Positions 23,824 to 37,800 of a DNA stretch of 64,000 nt are shown here, in pieces. Position 1 is the first letter of the stretch; each line of letters begins with the position of its first letter. The position numbers and the translations under genes were made by a program. Origin of the DNA: Ascidiella aspersa (Eukaryota); the NCBI GenBank assembly GCA_963924565.1, contig OZ004607.1:25358001-25422000 (forward strand), in the 5' to 3' direction. The notes beneath the pieces were generated by a model, which did not search any database, was not told the origin of the DNA, and saw only the letters and a list, made by a program, of their open reading frames with translations.

Positions 23824-26791
23824 AAGCAGGTGCTGCGCGTACAGCCGTACACGTTGCCTATTAACAAAACAACGCATAGAGATGCGCCTATTTCGATGTT
23901 TTCTTTCTTTAACCAGACCGATATACGCCATTTTTTCTAAGCTTGATAATGTGCACAAGTGTTGTCGTTGACACTTATTTCCAACCTACCTTGCTTGCTA
24001 AAACTTAATGAGATTAATTCCAATGATGACCTACCGTCAGCTGTAAACAAACGGAGATAAATTTATCTCGAAAAAGCATTTTATTAAAAACTGACGATTT
24101 TCGAATTTAGCTAAATCTCTCCAGCAGGTCAGCCTGCGATTTTCCTCATTTAAAATCGGCAAGCGGATTTGTCTGCGATTTGACGCACTGTGCATCTTAG
24201 TTTCGAGCTGTGCCTTATTGGATTTGGTCGCTTTATGTCAGGATTTTTTTACAAATTGTCAACGTTTACGAGTGCGTGGTTGCTGTCGATACGAAGTCTT
24301 ATTAGGCTAACGATTTTGATTGCGTAACACAGCTGTTTATTTTTTTAGTATTGTTTTGCATATACGTACGGCTTTATTTTGTTTTCTGCCTTTTCGAAAG
24401 CCCACTGAGTTTTAGGGGCGAAAAATTACACTTTGTTGTACTCCACAGTTATAGCCGTAAACGAAATTTAATTATGTGTGATTATCAGGTTATATAATAC
24501 ATATTCACTTTCATCTTTATGCGGTTTTCCTGGTAATGCTGCTTTCCAAATCCACCATATTACACCACTCGCGTGCATACGTTTTTTATTTAACAAGCTG
24601 GCATACCACAGTGTTCAAGTTTACATGATCGTGTTTTGCATACGATAGAACCAATTTACGTAGGCTATACACGTTTTGTTTGTTGTTATTACAATTGACC
24701 AGTTTTCTAGTGAATTTTCGTAATATTTTTTCTTTGCTTAAACTGTTTTATAGATTTGTTTCTTAATCGACCTAAATTTACATTGTTACGCAATGAAATC
24801 AATTTAATGCCCCACCTCTCTAAATGTAATTAGCCGTGTGATAAATACATTTCATAATTTAACGCCATAATCAATGCAAAATCGTATTGGCGGTTTGTTA
24901 ACTGATTTGTTTTTTGTTCTATGCATTTTTCGTGTTGTGCTTCTTATTCAACAGAACTACCACATGCTTCTCTATGGGTCAGGCGATACACTTAACTTTG
25001 CCCAATAAAATTTGTGTTGCTAAAATTATTACTACGAGCGACCTTTAGCCATAGCTGCATTGATAAAACATATTTCATTTTTCTTACAACAATTTATCTC
25101 AGGACAACGTTATTTACCTATAATCATCAGCAGTGATCATAATATGAACGAAGTTTAGCTAGTAAGGCCTCTGTCTGGGGATTGAGATTAAAAGTCGCTA
25201 GTGTGCTATAGGTCTCGATGCTCTAAATAAGTGGTTCGAGCTGTTTGGCTCTGGCAACCCCATTTTGTGTTTATAGAAACTTACCTATCGTATTCAGTGT
25301 CTAAACTTATCCACACTGTTGCTGACACGAGTCTTGGTATGTACGCCAACGGTTGAAGCAGGGCTTTACATGCGGCCAACAAAACAATCCAAGGCCACAG
25401 TCGCACTCCGACTCTTCAGTCTTTATATACCACCTTTTTATGTAACAAAATTAGGGTCCTCTTATAGGAGTGTCACATAACTTACCCAAATTTATTACCA
25501 TATGCTTTACCCCTTTACAATTTACAGTTTGCGACCTTATCGGTCTCGAATTTCGTAGGCTCTTGCATATGGGCAAGTATGACTGGGAACGTGGGCACGT
25601 TGGACTTACTCGAGTTTCAAGTCCGACTCCATTGAAAAAACTGAATCCGTCGGGTCCCGAGTCCAACTCCGATTTCGCAGCCCTATGTTTAAGCCTTCTT
25701 TTCGCTTTCGCCGTTTCGCGTCATTTACGTTTTTGTTCTCAATAAAAAATGTAGGCTATTTAACCAGCTGACCATCTGGCTTTTCATAAGACCAGCCTAT
25801 ACTAAAATTTAGGCTTCATCAATTAAGTGAAATCAAGCCTAATGACACGATTGCTTCACAGGCGCACGTACCAAAGTCGTACCATAAACAACTTGGTAGA
25901 TATGTAGTTCTATTAGTTTTGCTCCTTTTATTGCAAGTTTTAAGTTTATATTGTTCGTTCTCTGTTTTTTTCGCCACCAGTTTGGGAACCACATGCAGTC
26001 TTAAATAAACAATCGGTATAGAAAGTACTTCAGAATTTTACTTAAATACGAGATATCCTCAATACCTTTCTTGGCCATGAGCGGTTTCGAAGACGGGAGA
26101 CAATGTGTACAATATAGGGTTGCATACGTTAGAATTTTCCCTGACATGTTAGGGAAAATTTAGTGTTGAAATCTGCGTCAGGGAGTAATGACAAAATCTG
26201 CTTATATGTCCGGGAGTTAACCGTACTTGTAAATATATATCGCGAATGCATTCACAACATCGAAAACGATAATAGTTTAAAATTTGGTTCTTTCGTAACT
26301 TTGTATTCACAGGACGTAACTTGTACGACGTGTGTGAGCAATGCTATTCATTGTTACGTCACACATTCTAGTTTAATACCTTTTACTCATTTTGTTTTCG
26401 CTTTAGAAAAGGTTTTTGTGTACTGATGCGTTCTATTTTAGTAAGTTTTAGTTAGAAACGTTTATCCAGTAGTATGTTTATTCATTTTTATACTAAAGGT
26501 AAATGATGACAAAACCGAACAAGCAAGATTACATTTACCAAATGCAGATAAAACAAATTGGACCGACGGCTTCGCCTACTGTTGAAACATATTCTACTTG
26601 CTTTGAGTAAGAAGTGTCCGAAACTAATTATTTGGCAAACACACAAATTTTTTACCTGGCTAAAGTGCAGTTTATTAGATTACACAAGAAGTTTTTGTGC
26701 ATTGCGCTTCCGTTTTAGTCAGTTTTTCATGAAACGTTTCCTAAGCATAGTTATTAGTCTTCGATACTGTCCAAATGTGGGCCGTATAGAG

Positions 26792-27242
26792 CAGTGATTC
26801 TCAACCGCGGCTCTCAGAGCCGCATGCGGCTCTCAACTGTACATTTTGCGGCTCTCACTAATGGAGTGAAAAATTAGTTAGTAGTAGCAGAATTGCAACA
26901 AAGGAAGTAAAATAAATTAAAAGTGAATGAATTTGATCAGCAAGGATCCTGAGTACGAAGTACTAATGTTCCCGGGCTACTTCCGTCCGGCTCTTTAAAA
27001 TAATTTTGTGGTTTGTGACGTCATAATATATTTAGTCTTGATCGACAAGCTATGGCAATAAGAAATAGCTGTTTCAACAGTGCTAATTAGTTAGCCTAAG
27101 CTAGCGTAATGTATATTTGTTGTTTTCTTGTTGCTTTCTTAATGTTTTTTAATTACATGCCTACTGTTGTTTTTTATGCGGCTCCTCGCGAACTTAAGGT
27201 TTGAAATGCGGCTCTGGCTCTAAAAAAGGTTGAGAATCACTG
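26792..27242. mobile_element. hAT (Buster-type) MITE
   Basis: Perfect 15-bp TIR cagtgattctcaacc; perfect 8-bp TSD gtatagag (26784-26791, 27243-27250); internal gcggctct repeats. Confidence 0.92.
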
Positions 27243-27311
27243 GTATAGAGCCATTTTAGTGGGCCGCGAGCAGCTTAGTGTTATCATGTAGCTGTGGACC
27301 GCGTGATAGAC

Positions 27312-27886
27312 CAGGAAGTCGAACCGAAACAGAACCGGAGCTTTATAAACCGGTTTTGGGTCATTTTTTCCGAACCGCAACCGAACCTGAACAGTTTTGT
27401 GTAAGATATTAAGGAGCCTAACCGAACTGAACCGAATAATTTGAAAAAACATGAACTCTAACCGAACCTGAACCTTTCAACAAAAGCGGTTGTGTCCAGG
27501 ATGACGTCACAACTTGTGTTTTAGAGAGTCAAGTTACGACATGTTTGAAATTTTATGAAAAAAATATGAATATTAATTATATAAAACGTTTATTTTCATT
27601 TTTCATATATGTCAATAATAATTATAATCATTTGATTGTCGCGTAACTTAGATTAGATGACCAACAATTCAAAGATTATTCTCTGACAATATTGACCCAC
27701 ATTTTTAGATAACGCAACTTATATTGTATCCGAACCGGAACTTTATGAACCGGTTTTGAAATAACGATGGTCGAACCGGAACTTTCAAATTCCCCGAAAC
27801 CGAAACCGGAACTGAATCGGATTTCGAAAAAATCCTCGAACCCGAAACGAACCTGAACCGGAAAAGTCAAACGGTTCGACTCCCTG
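27312..27886. mobile_element. hAT-like MITE with subterminal AACCG arrays
   Basis: TIR caggaagtcgaaccg / cggttcgactccctg; many gaaccg/aaccgg units near both ends; flanking direct repeat gatagac. Confidence 0.8.
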
Positions 27887-28580
27887 GATAGACGTATACC
27901 GTACATTCATTGCACTTTGTTTGAAAAGTTGGTGTGGTTTAAAAATTTTTGATGTCTCAGCGTGGTTCAGACCCACGTGTAAAATATGGCCCCGAGAGTG
28001 CCTGTTAAACTATATTTTTTGTCAATTTTAACTATGGGTAAACGAAAAATTGTTTGCGATTCGCGCGTATATTCTTCGTTTTATAGTATGTTTTACATTA
28101 TGGCGTGGCACTGTTTTGGCCTTCAAGGCGCCGTGTAATACCTCACCTTAAAAAATAATTTTTTAAATTGCATAGAAAATTTTATTTCAAAATTTTAAAT
28201 GGCATAGAAAAATTACTTTATTTAGTTGCACCGGAAATGCAAATATTGTGTTTATCCATAATATTTAATGCGTACAATGGAATTCATTTGTCACATGACA
28301 AGTTTGACTTGGACGAGGTAAAAAAGTCAACGTTAATTTGTGACACTCCCAGCGTGATGTCATCAAAGACTGATGCAAGCCCTAAAGCGGGCCTGGGCAA
28401 CATACGGCCCACGGCTCAATTTTCTTAAAATACAAACCAGGGCGACTTTCTACATGGTTGAAACAGTAGTGTAGCCAGCCGAAAATTTGGGAGGGAGGGG
28501 GCAAACAGTTAGAACTTTTTTGTTCAGCTTTTAACATCGTATTAACTGCCGTAACAAACACAAATAACAATGCTAGCAAA

Positions 28581-29890
28581 CAGGGCCGGATTAAGGGTAC
28601 TGTAGGTCTAAGGCTATACCAGGGAAGGGCCTAATTTTGCAAACGAAACTCCAAAAGTAGTCAAAATACATAGTGAAAACTTGAAATTATTTACTGCAAT
28701 TAATATAAACATACTATAAAAACACATAATAAATGTAATTAAGTGTTTTTTAGAGGTCGTAACGTGAAGTTTAATCTACCCTTCAACATACCACAGCATC
28801 AGTGGCGTATCCATGGGGGGGATTTGGGGGTTCCGATCCCTCCCTTTTCGTAAGTGACAATATCGTTTTTTCTTCGTTTTTGTCAGCGTTTAAACTCACC
28901 GTCCGAAGCTGCGTGTTTTTCAATGGAATTGGATCACGCGTCTTAAGCTAATGCGAAACCAAAATCATACGCAAAACGCCGTTTTTCGTTTCTTGTTTTG
29001 TCGACCGTAAACGCAGGATATGTCGGCTGATTAGCAAGTGTGTGTTCGACAATTAACAACAATAAATCAAGCGGTCTCCGCCTTTCTCTCGCTTATAACG
29101 TCGAGTTAGGCGGTGCTGATGTTTCTCGCAGTTTGCCATTTCATATACTTTTCGACTATTTTAACTACGTAAGTGCGAAAAACTTTCGCGCTTAGCGCGA
29201 ATGACTTTTATACATCCGTTTTGTTTACAATTTAATGCTCGCTTTTGAACAGCGCTGCTTTACCGTTGCGCCGTGGAGGGCTGCCAAGTGCGTCGCGGAC
29301 AAATGGAAAACGTATTAAAAAATATTGGACATATTTTTTTATTTTTTAGTTTCGGCAATGTGATAAAACTTGCAATAAATTTGAAGGAAATGCCAATATA
29401 TCAAAAAAATCGCGCTCGCTTCGCTCGCCAGGTGTGCCCTCTCTTAAAAAGGTTAACAACACTGATTTTACAACTATTTACGTTTTTATGTTGTGCTAGT
29501 CGAATAACACCCGGGAAAACGATCTCCGTTAGTATTGCAGGTGGCGAGAGACGTGCTTGTAATTTAGCGTGGTCCCGTACATGGATCTACCAAAATCAAT
29601 CACATATGTTTCACGGTCTTGTTTTCGATTTACTCCTGAAGTTAAGGATTGCACACTAAGCGGTATTATTTATGACGTTATCACAATCGCTATTTTATGA
29701 CATCATATCCGTCACTATTTTATGACGTCATTAACGTCAGACGAAAAAGCGGGGAATTCCCCAAGTTGAAAATTCGGGAGCCCCCCCCTTTTTAAATTTC
29801 TGGATACGCCCCTGCACAGCATTTAACTCAAAATTTAAGAAGAGAAAAGTTAAATAAATGCACCTACTTTCTAATTAACAAATCAGTAAA
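28581..29890. repeat. Host repeat interrupted by the 28800-29814 element; uninterrupted copy at ~36516-36695
   Basis: ~28689-28799 joined to 29823-29886 is near-identical to ~36516-36695. The cagggccggatta at 28581 resembles a hAT terminus. Confidence 0.7.
28800..29814. mobile_element. Non-autonomous hAT-type element (~1.0 kb)
   Basis: TIR cagtggcgtatcca / tggatacgcccctg (13/14 match); perfect 8-bp TSD cacagcat (28792-28799, 29815-29822); empty-site paralog at ~36610-36630. Confidence 0.92.
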
Positions 29891-30680
29891 ACATTTACTC
29901 TTTCTAGTAAACAGTCATGTCCCCGCCTAACTCCATTTTTAGCATGTTTCAAGACTAATATGAAAATTGTTTTCGCGTTTTACACGAATCTCTTTTGTCT
30001 TTCGAGTAAGTTCCACGTTTTTTTTTGAGCGTCTTTACTAACAAAAGTCGCCCTTGGCACTGTGACACTCTTTCAAACGAAAATTTGTCAAACTATTTGA
30101 TTGGATTTTTTGCACTTAGATCAAAAGTTTTACCTCTTAAAAATACGAACGATGAACGTAGCTTATATTAGTATACGGCCGTTTTCCAACATCTAAAACA
30201 TACCGATTAAGATTTTGTCAACCTAATTTGGTTAATGGCATGTTTTTGTTTGCATAACAAGAAACACATTTGTATCGCAAGAAACACATTGCCAACTTAA
30301 GCCTCAAAAAGCAAAAAAGGCATTGTAAATTGTTGTGTGCAAAATTTTCGCGTAGGCTATTTCAACCTTGAGCTGTTGGGTTAATCACCCCACCACTTGA
30401 TTAATACCAACATATCATAGAATGCACAAATATTTTATCGGTGTTCAATGCATCAATTCTCCCTCTAAATTTAATTCACAGTTTGCATTGTAAACGAAAT
30501 AGCCGCAGTTTTTTCGCGATGTCTTTTGTCGCCTTTTTTTCAAATCGACTTTAAACACCAAACGCAAAAATATATCTTTGTCTGACTTGCTTTATAGCAG
30601 GGGTTCTTAACCAGGGGTAGGTGTATCAGTCGATCGATGATGCTAGCAGGGAGGCTAGAAAAACAAATAGTTTGCAAAGA

Positions 30681-30737
30681 GGTTCGAACTCTGGTCATAC
30701 CGGGACCGTCGCTCTACCAACTGAGCTACACAGGAGG
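30681..30737 (-). repeat. tRNA-derived SINE-like head (not a complete tRNA)
   Basis: Minus strand reads tagctcagttggtagagcgacggtcccggtatgaccagagttcgaacc: Pol III A box and GTTCGAA B box, but no full cloverleaf. Confidence 0.6.
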
Positions 30738-31789
30738 CTAAGAGAGGAGGGAGTCGAGAAGCAACCATATGCCGATGCTTGCCACATTATGTTTATACAA
30801 GCAACTTAACATTAAAGTCGATCAACAGTCCTAAATCTCTAAAAACATACTAATGATACGTAAGCCGTAATCGTTGGTCAACTAGCGCCAAAATGAGGCT
30901 TACGATTTTTTCACAACAAGAATAAAAAAACGACCACAAGCAAGATAGCACCAGCGGCTGTGGCAGACGTCATCTGATACGCCACCCACACCCAGACTGA
31001 TGCTGTTACCAGCCATCACAGCAGCCAAGATACTGATTCTGCGTGCAGCTGGTTTAATCTAGCTTAGTGGTTCTTAACCTTTATTAAACCGCGCCCCTTT
31101 GATAATTGTCCTGCGCTTTGCGCCCCCTACGAAAAGCAATTCGGAATTTTGGAATTACATATTAGTAGGACAACATAAAAAAGAGTAAATGTGTATCGCT
31201 GGTCGCACGTAGCTCGAAAAAGTTCTGTTTATTTGGTTAAATTAGCTAAAAGAAGGTTCGTGTCTCCGTGTTTCTAGCCTGTTATCATATATAAAATAGT
31301 TGGAAAGGGGATAACTTTTATCGTTTATCTATAGGTTAGCCAAACTATAATTTACATTTATAGGACCGTTTTTCTTCAAAAAACATGCAATGGTACTCAC
31401 AGAGACTTTGTGCTAAATACAACTGTCAACAAAACAGGAAAAAAACAAAAAAATAAACGAGAACTTTTTTAAAGTTTCAATCGTTAAGTTGGGCAAAAAA
31501 ACAGAGTTTTTACAGGCGTAATAGTGGTACCCAACCCAATTGCACAACTATACCGTATAATTGTTCCGACTAAACATAGCCCTAATCGGTCGTAAAAGTA
31601 GCAATTATAGTCCAGCAACTGAAAAACTATTAAAATTAGTAGCAAAGATCGCAAATCGCAAATCCATGAACTATGTCTTCAGCCACCTACACGTGTAGTT
31701 TTAATGTAAAGTATGGGACATCATAAAACACAGAATAAACACAAAACTAAACCTTTAAAATCACTATAAAAGCCAAGACTCATTTCGTG

Positions 31790-32460
31790 ATGGTTTAGGC
31801 CAAGCTGCTGTAAAACACGCCAAAACAAAACACTCGATCTGGGGATTGAGGTGGACAAAAGAATCAGGCGACGTAAGAGAATGCCTGAAGATCTGGCAAA
31901 AGATGCCGGACTTTTATCAGAAGAAGAAATTGTGCGCGTTATGAAGAATGTATTTGATCGGCTTCAACATGAAATGTCAACACGCTTTTTCACGACTAAA
32001 AGACCTAAACAATAAATTTGGATATTTGCTGGACGTTTAAGACTCTTCTATCTGACACAGATGAGGATGCAATACGTCGAAATTGTGCAGATTTTGCAAA
32101 TTTCTACGACACGGACATCAATGGCAAAGATCTTTTCATTGAAATTGGTGATTGCCGAATGCTACTAAAGCGCTACCAAACATTCCTTTGGAGTTTCTTG
32201 GTTTTATTGTGTTTGATGATGACGTATTTCCGAATCTGCGACTTCCGCTACAAATTCTGTTAACAATAGCAGTTTCAGTTGCAAGCTGTGAGCGGTCGTT
32301 CAGCAAATTGAAACTTATTTTGTCTTATCTGCGTGCATCAATGGGACAGGATCGTCTCAGTAATCTTGCTATTCTTAGCGTTGAACGAGAAACATTGGAA
32401 ACAATAGATTTCGTTGACGTGATTAACCAGTTTGCGACAGTGAAATCAAGAAAAATAATC
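31790..32460 (+). pseudogene. hAT transposase C-terminal fragment (dimerisation domain), frameshifted
   Basis: FPNLRLPLQILLTIAVSVASCERSFSKLKLILSYLRASMGQDRLSNLAILSVE is the hAT C-terminal signature; split across ORFs 32018 and 32152. Confidence 0.88.
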
Positions 32461-32489
32461 TATAGTTGTAAATCATTCATGTTTGGCAG

Positions 32490-33417
32490 TAAACCCGTTT
32501 ATATGCACGTTTAAGCCGGATTTGAATCTGTTTCGTTAATTCATTCTCTCTCGTTTTGGTGCTGGAATTCTCTCGTTTCTTAATCGGTCAAAAGGAGTGG
32601 CTTTCAATCCGTTCGCCGCTTAATCTGTTCGTTTCGCGGACGGCCGAAATCGTTTAATGAAGAATAACCTGCTTTAACGCAGTAAACATCACGCCACTTT
32701 TGAGGCATTATGACGTGACACGAACGGCTAGTCGTAGACAAAACAACAAGTTTAGCGCATAAGGAAAGAATATTACATACACTCGTTAGATACTAATTTG
32801 TGACAGAGGAGCTAGAATCCACAAAGTCGAACATTATTTGGGTTAGGATACGGGTTTGGGTAGGTTTAAATAGTAATACTTGGCCCACTCTCACCCAAAT
32901 ATTGTACATTGCTAAAAAAATCCTACGCTGTGGTAGGATTTTAGGCCAGCGCCAAATACAGTTTTCATTAGTCATGTTTGGTACATCTCATCAACTTCTT
33001 TTGTCCACCCTGCCTTGTATATAGCGTTGACCAGCACACATAAGCTTAACTTTCATGCACTTATATACTGTGTGCCAGGTAAACTGAAGCACTATACAGT
33101 CAAAAACATACTTCGGCAAGCCAAACTCCATCGGCAAACCAAACTCAAGTAATTCTTGTTTTTTTTTCAATTTTATGTTTATAAAAACGAACAAGCAGCA
33201 ATAGATTGCTACCGCAAGGAGTAGCCTAAGCCGAAAAATCGGTTGTGCGTCAGAGGTTTACTGGAATATTACGTATTAATGCACATCAATGCAGTTTGTA
33301 CACTCAAGCTGGCTTGAATTTCGCGCCATGTAATTCCGACGCTGGAACGGATTACTTTTCAATCCGGATTGAACCTTAATCTAATCTGCCCGCGAAAGGT
33401 GCATATAAACGGGCTTA
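32490..33417. mobile_element. PIF/Harbinger-like non-autonomous element containing a nested MITE
   Basis: Inverted repeat taaacccgtttatatgcac / gtgcatataaacgggctta (18/19 match); contains a GGCGC-family MITE copy at ~32810-32952. Confidence 0.65.
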
Positions 33418-33854
33418 TAGTGACCAAGTGAGTCATACGTGTAGTTTGTATAACCAAAACGCTTTTTCATTTTTCCACTAAAATTTGAAAAACTAGCGCT
33501 AACTTAATGGTTTCACAAATGCACACATTTTCCATCTGCAGTGTTCGTATCACAAAAGAGTGTCTTAAGTGTTGTATTTAACATTATTTTTCTGAGGTTT
33601 AAACTTCTTGTTTTACGTTACGCCAAACCGTTAGTATTGCGTCACAATGCCCTAAAATTGGCGTGATGTCTACTGCGTGAAAGCAGGGCATTTCACATTA
33701 TTAAGCATGTGCGTTTTCGTGTGACTGAGAAACCAAGCTAAAAGCGAAAGTGAGAAGGGTTAGGGCATCTTTACAGCAGGGTTAGGGTATATCTTTACAG
33801 AATTTAACTTATGAAATTAGATTTTATGGCGTCTCCAATTTAAGATACCGGTAG

Positions 33855-34206
33855 CAGGGTTGCGGAGTTGGATTCGGGACTCGAATGACTAGTCCAAACT
33901 TTGAAACTGATATTACCGCTAACTGTAAATCGTTAAGTGAAATAGCATGGTGGCATGTTTTTCATGACCCCTATGAGTAGATTGCTGAAAATCCATCTTA
34001 TTTTAGTTGCATAAATTGGCGGAATACAAGCTGTGGAGTCTGATTCGGACTCGGGACTCGATGAAATTGCACATTTGGCCGAAGTCGGACTCGGGTTGTT
34101 TAAAACGTTTAAAACCAATGATAGAAAAATCTTTGGCACGCGAGTTGTCATTATTTTGAAATTATTCATAAACTGGCACACTGCACACGAAGGTTGCCGA
34201 CCCCTG
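33855..34206. repeat. Composite hAT-MITE remnant with GAGTC/GACTC repeats
   Basis: cagggttgcggagt start and ggttgccgacccctg end; ~34035-34206 closely matches ~60500-60690; related piece at ~25600-25685. Confidence 0.6.
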
Positions 34207-34882
34207 AAGTACGGTTGTTATGTTAATTCAGTAAAAAAATGTGATTAAACATGGAGGAGAGGCGCCAAATTTATAGTTTGCCCCCGGGCGCGAAATACCC
34301 TCGCTACGCCTCTGGGTCATTGTAGACGAGAAAAGTTCATGAATGATCAAAGTGTACGAGCGCTTAAAAGGTTAACAAACACTTTACTACAGGGTCATAG
34401 TATGACGTCGTGTTGTGTTTATTTGTGACCCTATTTTTAATCCGGCCCGCCACAACTTTCGATTTTGTCCGAATTTCGAAAGTTTTTGGCCTTTTTAGTT
34501 ATTTCATTCGGTTATATTATCCATTTACAGACGTACTTAATAACCGGTTTCAAGTGCTGATGTTAAACTGCCATATTGGTATTCCATTGGCTTTATGACA
34601 TTAAGTCGGTGGAAAATGAAGTTATAAGGGATATTTCTCTCGCGCTAATCGTGATGTCATCAATGAATGATGCAACCTCTTACAGTTTCTTGCGACAGAC
34701 TATCGTCATCACGCGTTGTGAGGTAAGCTCTTCCGCCAATATATATCAAGTCAAAATCACATATGGTAGTAATATAGGTTAAAATCTGAACTGCAAACAT
34801 CCCCAAAATAAAAAAATAGCTCAGTGGCTATACTAGGCTAATTGTATTGCTTTTTATTATTTTAATTTCAAAAAGCTTCCCA

Positions 34883-37800
34883 ATGAATAGTCAAAATCCT
34901 GTATCTATTGTGAAAGATTGTCAAAACACAAAAAGAAATTTTGGTACAGGATCAGTATATGGTAGGCTTGTTTTTATTTTAAATAATTAGGTACTTTGAT
35001 TAATTTATTAATGAATGACTTCATAAGCTGTAATGCTGTTGTATTATAATGAAACTGTGGTTGTTTGTTATGCAGAAAATGTGTCTTGTGAGTTCGGATC
35101 TGCTAAATACTATGCCCTTTGTGGGCTAGGAGGTCTTCTCAGTTGTGGAATAACACATACTGCATTTGTACCGCTTGATGTAGTTAAATGCCGTATTCAG
35201 GTAAGTAAGAGAGTTTTCATAGGTTACACTTTGTTGTAGCTTTTTACCAATAATAGTAGTATTACGTTGTAAGGGCTTTATGAATTGCTTTATAAGCAGA
35301 ATTATTTTGATTCTCAAAAAACAAAGATACATTATAAACATCTGTAAGCCTAATTTAAAACTGAAAAAAAATCTTATTTTAGGTTGAGCCTGAAAAATAC
35401 AAGAACACCAGTCATGGGTTTAAAGTTACCATAAGAGAAGAGGGAATTCGTGGTCTTGGTAGAGGTTGGGCCCCAACTTTGTTTGGATATTCCATGCAAG
35501 GTGTCTGCAAATTTGGATTCTATGAAGTTTTCAAATCTGTTTATAGTGATATCTTGGGCGAAGTAAGTCCATTTTGAGTACATTGTTTGTTTAATATGAT
35601 ATAAACAGTTTGGTAAATTGCAGTATAATTTGCAATATTGATTTGTGTACATTGTTTAGTCAAATAATAAAAGTAGAAAGGGTCTTTACAAGATTATTTT
35701 AGGTTTCGTTAGACTCTTGAATACCTAGCTCCATAAACCGCACATTTTATGAACTGCGTTGTCCAAGACATTTCTATGGGTTTTAATGGGCACAGTAGTA
35801 TATAAGTTCATAATGAATCATTTTTTATTTTCTTATTTGTAATATAGCACAACATTTTTAGAACATTCCAAATTAATTGTTGGTTTTGTTCTAGCATTTC
35901 TAAATTTATCTTGACTAGTGCCACCAAAACTAGGTTTAATCACTTTTACAACAACAACAACATAAATGCAAATCACAACATTGGCATTGAATTATAATTT
36001 GCACTCGCCAGTGGTTTAAGTGTCTACCAATCAGCACTAGTGTAGACTAAATAACACTTTCTAGAAATACTGGCTCGCTTTCTGCAATATACACAGAACT
36101 TCTCTAAACTGTCAAATCAGCATGTTTATTTTCATGTGTAGAAGGTCAAATGGAATGCGCTATGTTCTTACATACGATACGTTAGAAATTAGTGCATTTC
36201 TAAGCAAAAAGATCTATGACAATTAGTGCACCCAAAGGATCAAAAGTCTGACTTTTAGACTTTAAGGTCTTGGACAATGCACTAATTTGACTTAACAATG
36301 TGCTTAAGAACAATAAGTTTAATAATACTTGACCCACTTAAACCCAAACGCTAACCAGCTTCCAAACCAAAATAATGTGCGTTGAGATAATAATTACATA
36401 AATGCTTTAGGTCCCAATACCTCAATTTGTGACGTAACAATCCTATATACCATGGACGAGAAACTATTTTATGCCCACCGAGTTTTTTTTTTTTCCCCAG
36501 CGTTAAAATAATTTATTTACTGCAAAATAACACAAACATATATACTATAAAAACACGTAATAAATGTAATTAAGTGTTTTTTAGAGGTCGTAACGTGAAG
36601 TTTAATCTACCCTTCAACACAGCATTTAACTCAAAATGTAAGAAGAGAAAAGTTGTATAAATGCACCTACTTTCTAATTATTTAACAAATCAGTCATTTT
36701 AAATTAAACTAACTTAGTTAGTCAATGCAAAGCTTGTTTTTGGACCCTGCCAGTGTATTTTTTGTATTCGACTCTGTTTTGTCAGTTGTCACTACATTCA
36801 CCGAGATGATTCCTAAATTTTATTTTAATAATGCATTAATACTATTTGCCAAATACGCCTAGCTGAATACTGGCCTAAAAGTTGACCTTCAGTAACCCCG
36901 TAGCATACCTTGTGCGTTTTACGATGGAATGTTCTTTTGCAAACTCTTTAAAGAAATTGGGAAATTTCTGCACCAGGCATTCCAAGTTAATTGCTAGCCC
37001 AACAGCATTTGACGGAAACTGACAGATTAGACGAAGGTTAGCGTCAAGTAATTGGCTGCCCGCTGACGCTAACGCCGCACCACATGGCTACATATATAAA
37101 GCAGCACAGTAATTGTTTCGCAAAATCCGCTGTTTTCTTTGTAAAGGAAACCTCATATCTGTGGAGAACTTCGGTGTATCTTGCTGCCAGTGCTTCAGCT
37201 GAGTTTTTTGCTGATATAGCACTTTCCCCAATGGAAGCCTGCAAAGTCAGAATACAAACTCAACCTGGTTATGCAAGTCAGCGTAAGTCTTTTGTTAAAT
37301 AGATACCATATATCAGGTTGGCAGAAACTGTCAGCCTTTTGGTGTCGAGCATTTTTTTTTTGGTTACCTTATGTAAAACCCCAAAAAACATATTTTATTA
37401 AAGTGGAGAAGCATGGCCTGGTACCCCCTGGATCAGCCCATGCAACTGTCATACTTGTCTTTTTAACTGGAATTACAACTATTAAGATTGCTTTTTAAGG
37501 CAATATAGGAGTACTTACAAACAATTCTATGGTCAAAACTGAGTAATTTTTAAAATAATAAGCAATCTATCTGCCTAGCACTGACCTTTTTCCCCACTGA
37601 ACAACGTACTTTGCAGTTACTTTTTTCAGAATTGCACAACAAAATCAATTCCCGCCAACTGTTTTGCGGAGTGTTTCTTCCAATCCGTGCTTAAAAAAAT
37701 ATATTTGGTTGAATATGTGTGGAAATAACAAGTGTTTTCTGGAAATAAATCTTCAAAGATAAATAAAAAAAAATGTTTCCACAAATTTCTTCGGTTTTCT

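Noticed and set aside
27320-27880. CRISPR-like or iteron array
   Set aside because: Eukaryotic context; short irregular AACCG units inside a TIR element, with no repeat-spacer periodicity.
29670-29735. Triple TGACGTCA-like (CRE) cluster as a specific enhancer
   Set aside because: Lies inside a transposon, and the motif is common across the window; no link to a gene.
30681-30737. Functional tRNA gene
   Set aside because: A and B boxes are present, but no acceptor stem or anticodon arm can be folded; related decayed copies indicate a repeat.
37403-37420. Rescue mini-exon (LEKHGL) for SLC25A3-A
   Set aside because: Ends in phase 0 while exon 5 needs phase 2, and it overlaps a TE-end-like sequence.
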